A stretch of 43,993 nucleotides of DNA, the filler included, from Catajapyx aquilonaris (taxonomy: Eukaryota): NCBI GenBank assembly GCA_000934665.2. It is 2 parts of 2 records of this genome, joined end to end, with 100 filler letters (N's around TTAATTAATTAA, not from the genome) between each part and the next. Parts side by side here need not be neighbours in the genome. Positions count along the whole stretch, not along the records: positions 22,062 to 43,993 come from JYFJ02005941.1; 1 more part is not named here. One strand, given 5' to 3'. Below, in pieces: positions 38,601-43,993 of this stretch. Both the position numbers and the translations under genes were made by a program. The number at the start of each line of letters is the position of its first letter. Position 1 is the stretch's first letter. The notes beneath the pieces were generated by a model, which had not been told where the DNA came from, searched no databases, and saw nothing but the letters and a program-made list of their open reading frames with translations.

Positions 38601-41600
38601 GTGTATGTAGAATAATTATACTGTGTAGAGTCACTATATAGCCGGATGAAATGAGCAAAAGTTGTATTTTACAAATCATTTTGTTACACGTAATCTGATC
38701 GGAGTTTAAATTCAAGTTGACACATTTTAAAGGTATAAAGGTGCTTGAAGGAAGGCATACCTGCCAGGATGTTTTACAGCCGGTTTCAAGCTTCAGTATA
38801 TATTGAGGCGATTGAGGCTGGGGAGAAATTCACCCGATAACAATGCCATTGCGAATAGCTGCCAGACAAATACAGCAGTAAAATAGTAATTACCAGCTTG
38901 GTTCTGATAGTATCATTTCTGACGAGTGTCATAGCTTTTTTTTATCTGCTATTGGACATTAATATCACGATAAAGTGCTCCGGAGACGCTTTTTTTTGAA
39001 TGACCTATGGCTTTGTATCCGGGGCAGAGTTCTGCCTTAGTCACTGCTTCCATCTGCATTTACGACTTTGAGACGGACAATAATAACTCACTCAGGCAAT
39101 TCTATTGGGATACCCGACCCTTGTTCACTGGGCATTGACATGTGCCACGTGCGCCTACTCCCCGCACTCGTCAATCTTGCATTCAGACCACTTGCGAGCT
39201 CAAGTTACTTAATGAGGCACTTACTACGATTTTTAACCCCTCACTTGGAGGATGAAGGCCAAGGTTATAGTACAAAGGACACGTGCCCGACGCCGACTGA
39301 ATAGCCGCTATCATACAGCAAGTGGAGTTTGTAAACCTTTCAATGAAGGATCCTGCGAAATTACTTTGTCAAGACCAACCCTATAGCACGTAGCTTCTTG
39401 CTACGTTCTCAATTGATGAAAAATGAGAAATGCTATGTTCAACTTGCTGATTTCGTAATGATTTGGTATGTGTCATGCTACTACAGCCTATACCCTTTCC
39501 GCCTAGGTGAACTTCCCAAAAATACTGATGAGGAGACGTGGAGCGACCCGGAGTTATTCCACATCTACGTGAATCTGTCTCATCTGAAAACGAAGGACGA
39601 GTCTGTCAATATTGTAGCAGCAAAACTGAGGCTTTTCAAACTATCCAAGGTCAGTACTAATAATATTCTTAACGACAAAGATTTTTTTCCAGGGCGAAAA
39701 AGGCATTATGTAACAGTGACAATAAATGACATGCAAATTATCTGTATCACTAGGTCCCGAAAATTTTTATGACGCCATCTGTGTATACCGGTCCATCGGG
39801 CCAAAGTACTCGCACTAAAAATAGTGATTGACTGAAAGAGTTGTTTGTTATCTCAGGATGGAGCTGGAAATGGACACGAGGCTGCTGAGCCTTGCACCCC
39901 CAGCGAGGAAACCACGCCGTCGGGTTTCCTCAACGACCTTCTCCACGAAGAAAAGATCCGCGTCTCCGTCTACTGGTACACTAGGGCCCTCAAGAAGCAT
40001 CGTTGTAAGTGCACTTTTTTTCTCATAAAATTGGTACTACAATATCTCCAGTGCCAATATTTGCAATATTCAAAGGGCGAATTATTTGTTTTTGTAACTG
40101 GCTGATTGAACCCCTACGTGGATGACGTCATGTGCGTCAGACTGTGTCAATGCCAAAGTAAAGTGCGTATACTGTAGGCACAACTATACAAATATAGTTT
40201 GATGGGCAGGAGAGGGTGGTGATGGTGGTGGTGGTGGGAGAAAGGGATAGACAGTGGCGATGAATGAAGGGCACCTTGGATTGTGTGGTACACAGCAGCC
40301 AACTTTTGCTGATTTGAACAAATTGCCCGTCGGTCACTCAGCAGGAAGAGGGCCAAAATTTTTTTCGTGTCGTTTTTTGAAAAGTCAGAGGGCCGGGCGA
40401 CAGTGCGAGGCCGACGAAAGAATGGCCCCGAGGCGGGCAAGCATCGAGGCAGGAAACCGTCCAGACGACGGAGCACACATTGCAGCTTTGGATAATTAGA
40501 CTCCAATTCCCCCCACTCCCCCTCTGGTGGGTACCCCCCTTCCCTCCCACTTGAGGGAGAGACAGACAGAGACCGTCCAAGGGGAATACAAGGGCAGGCA
40601 GACATGACCTGCACAATGTCCATTGTCGTGTCGAATAGCTGCGTAGCTGACCTTCGATGTTTATTGCGCTCACGCCGTCTGCTTCCGTTTCCTCGAATGT
40701 TGCGTGCGTTTGGTTGCGGCTTGTCAGGATGAGCTGGGTTACTCGCAGTGGTCTACGATGTGGACCGCTGTATGTGGGCTATTATTTTCGGGCGTGATAG
40801 TAACCTCCAACGTGCCCGTGAACTTGCAAAGTCGTAGATCTCCCGAGTCAGCGTAATTGATAATTAATATTTTAATCGAAACTATTTTCGCATCTAAGGC
40901 CTAATACCTTTACATTGTCGCAACCGTAAGTAACTGAAAATCATCCTTATTCCCGTGTTTGAAAAGAATACATAGACAGTACAGCAATGGCTGAAATAAA
41001 TGTGACCTTCGTATAGGAGATAAACATTCACAGTCTTCACACCTTGAAATCATTATTAGAATGTGACTTGGGCCGTTCTGCATTAAAGGTCATCATGCAC
41101 ATCTGCTGGTGCAGGGACCTACCGCACGGAATTCGTTTCGAGTGCACCTTTTCATATTTTATTTTAAAAATATTGCAGCGTAACGTTTTCCGGATTCTAT
41201 TTCAAAGCTAGAGTCGTAAGGAGTAAGTAGAGTGGGGCACATAAACTCCAGCAAAGTTGTGCGCCGTTGCACTTGCTGCAAGAAACCAGAATAAACACTT
41301 TGCGGAAACATCTGTTTTCACTTTAGACCGGACTTTAACCTCTTCGCTCTGAGATTGTGACAGACCAAGTTATCATCTCACCATTTATAGGTCCGCAGTA
41401 CTAAAATTTATGCTTTCTAGCAATTATTAACGTCATTGGATAATTATATCTACAGCCAAGAGGAAGCTGGTGGACACCAAGATGCTGTCATCTCGCAGCG
41501 AACAATGGGTGTCATTCGATATTCAACGTGCTGCCATAAGCTGGGTGGACATGAATCGCAATTTTGGACTGGTGGTCGAAGTGGAGGACGAAGACGGAGA

Positions 41601-42409
41601 CATTCTGCCTGCATCAACGTACTTCTCCGTCATGAACTGCACCGAAGAAACAGGTACGCAGCTCTTAAAACCCCCAGCAACTCTCTGGGCCATGCATTAT
41701 TATTAGTTCTTCTGGCAGCCACGGCTCGACCGATCCCCGGTTTCCTGATGGAAGCAGCACTACAGGACAATGCCAATGCCAGCCTGCCTCTGGACTCTCC
41801 CCCATACCCGATGGTGGACATTTGCACGATCGAGCTTCCCGAAGACGTCAACGTCCTCCCAACAAAGCTTATGCCAACTTTCCCTGGAGGAAGACTTTTC
41901 CCTGGATCTAACGACGGAGGCGAGTCTCCAGAGGACGACCCTGAAGCATCATCCTCTGAGAGGTCACAAGATGACCGACAGGTAAGCACATATTGAAGCC
42001 CTTAAATTTTTGGAATTATTATGACTGGATCGCATTGCAGGGTTTAAAGAAGCGTGTGAACCAGAGGCATCTTCGTCACCGTCTGAACCAAGAGCTGCTT
42101 CGTCGAGGAGGAAGAGGACGAATTCCAATGACCCTTCCGCCGGTGGAAACCCCAGTGGAGAGTGAGACCCTGTTCACCTTCCATGATGTCGATTACACGA
42201 ACAGGATGGGCCGAGACCACGAGGGAGATGACGACAAGAGCTCCTGGAGGAGCATCCAAGGCGGTTCGGACTCCGACACATCCAGCGGACAGCAGGAGGA
42301 GCAGGTCCAACCATCGGACACGAAGGAGACAGAAGACGAAGGAACCATTTTCATGCAGAAAATATACGTTAGCCCAGCAACCGGATCGCGTCTGAAGAGC
42401 AGCAGATAA
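30411..42409 (+). CDS. ana: Anachronism-like secreted protein (TGF-beta propeptide-like domain, no mature cystine-knot domain), 515 aa
   Basis: Exons 30411-30628 (signal peptide MAMLKVLVVLTCVLASSWC), 37785-37993, 39507-39649, 39857-40004, 41456-41653, 41719-41981, 42041-42409; 1548 nt, in frame, GT-AG. Prodomain-type motifs RMKEIKNQVLSSVG..P, VAAKLRLFK, KIRVSVY, KLVDTKML..WVSFDIQRA..W..NFGLVVEV, PMVDI. Motif order matches Drosophila Ana as recalled (LRLYK, IRVTV, MLSS..WVEIDV, IEVHD..YF...C). Confidence 0.85.
32586..32661. repeat. (TAT)n microsatellite in ana intron 1
   Basis: About 25 perfect TAT units. Confidence 0.97.
33948..34378. mobile_element. 431-bp Tc1/mariner-type MITE in ana intron 1
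   Basis: TA|cagggtgttcatgaacaac ... gttgttcatgaacaccctg|TA; imperfect TIRs extend ~100 bp (to ccgcctc / gaggcgg). Confidence 0.9.
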
Positions 42410-43993
42410 TACATTCGGAAGAAATGGAAATATTGAGGGACTTGGACAGGAAAAAGCCGGAGACAACTACCGTGACTCCTATACCAGAGGTTCTTACACT
42501 TGTTATTTAAGTTTGTATTTTATACTCAGATTTGTTTTTATCAATTCCGTCCCACACTAGCTGCCACATAGTGCCGTCATTATAATAACTCTCACTGTAC
42601 AGTTTAAGGTTGAAGTGCATTAACCAGACTGGAGAATGATTCTCAAGCTACAATGTGTACAAGACGACGAAAAATACTCGTAATAATGACCATTTCAGAC
42701 ATATTAATACATGATGCCTTTGGAAGGCAATATCTAATCCCAACTAATCTTATAGCCTTGCTGGCTACCATGCTTTGTTAATAGGTGAAAAAGTGTGACA
42801 TATTTTAAAAAGGAAAGCCACCACGTTAAAAAGTTATTGTGAAAATGTTATTCTGAAAAAGAAGCAGCTTCCTTACTGCATCATTATACACAGCAGTAGG
42901 CAGACTAACTTACAGTATATTAAACATTTTATATTTCTATTAAGATTTTTTTAAAATTGGGACTGTACCTCCCTTTTTGCCAGATGTTACACACAAGACT
43001 AACATAAGTAGGCTGCACGATCAGTGGAAATACGGGCAAAGTATTTCCACCAATAAAAGGTCTTTACAAGTATTAGTATTAATTAAATTGAGATTCAGAA
43101 TTGCACATATTCCGTTTTCCTCTGTCAAGGTCCTGTATATCCAATATTTCCGCAACTATCATACTAAAAAGTAGCCATGTAGGATAGTTTCTCTCTCCCT
43201 TCTTTTATTCTTGCACCCCTGTGCATATACTTAATGCTGGAAATTTATATAATGACCTGGCGAATGGCTTTAATGTTGTAACCACATACTGAACCAGAGC
43301 AAATTACAACAAATAATCCGATAACAAAGCAGTTTGAGTGAGATTTTTTTAAAGCGTCATTTGCAAATTTATGTCGGATGCCCAAAATTCTATAAAGGTA
43401 GTGCTACATTAATAGATATTAGGTGAAACTTCTGTTGCAAAAATGTACAGAGCAATCATAATCCTCGCCATTTCATGGGTAATAATCAACTGCTGTAAGC
43501 CAAACTTACAAATCGTCAACTCATACATAAGTGTTGCCAGAAGCGGCTCTTTATTAGAAAAAATCAAGTTTAACAGTTGCCTTTGCTTGAGTGATCATGT
43601 GATTATACTGTGCACACTTCAATGAAGTATGACGATAATATCATAGAAGGTGATGCTCCCTCTCATGTTATTAACAGCTAGCATTATATAAAATATTTTT
43701 CTCCTGCTAAAATTTTCCTCCCAATATTTATTCACAAACCTTATCTACTTAATAATAGCCTAAATCTTTAGCTAATTTCCATCCCAAGCGCTGCTTAAGG
43801 TTTCTTGCCTATTTCCTCGAATTTACATTGTGCGGCAATCGTTGTAACGTAAAATGCACTCTTGGAAGTCACATAATTATCACAAAATGTCATCTTTACA
43901 CGCTAAAAATTTTCGAGTGGTTTTCCGCTCTATTGGAGCGGTTTTTCACTCTTTCTCCCACTTGAAATGCAACCCAGTCTTTTTGAGTGAAAA

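Noticed and set aside
42041..43993. Mature TGF-beta/BMP domain, i.e. calling the gene a conventional ligand
   Set aside because: No CC/CxGxC/CxCx pattern recognised in exon 7 or the downstream ORFs.
1..43993. CRISPR arrays, rRNA, operons or transposase ORFs
   Set aside because: None seen; repeats are explained by exon paralogy, MITE TIRs and microsatellites.

Overview
Eukaryotic (arthropod-like), AT-rich, intron-containing DNA in two blocks joined by an artificial 100-nt spacer (44 N + TTAATTAATTAA + 44 N, 21962-22061), so the halves may not be neighbours. Left block (1-21961): a head-to-tail + strand tandem array of at least seven paralogous 8-exon genes in two subfamilies, ordered B0(3' end)-A1-A2-B1-A3-B2-A4(5' end). 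Each encodes a secreted ~365-372 aa protein: signal peptide, two C-type lectin-like domains (CTLDs) lacking canonical EPN/QPD and WND motifs, and a C-terminal six-cysteine Sushi/Wonton-like domain. A1 has lost the last domain, and variation concentrates in the N-terminal half of CTLD2. Right block (22062-43993): a 7-exon, 515-aa secreted protein with a TGF-beta prodomain-like region but no cystine-knot growth factor, recognisable as an Anachronism (ana) homologue, with a TATA+Inr promoter. Also present are many short non-autonomous DNA transposons (hAT-, piggyBac-, Tc1/mariner/pogo-, Harbinger- and CMC-like), two tRNA-derived SINEs, a LINE relic and microsatellites. Gene models were assembled by hand from GT-AG sites and frame continuity; family assignments rest on motif recognition, not searches.
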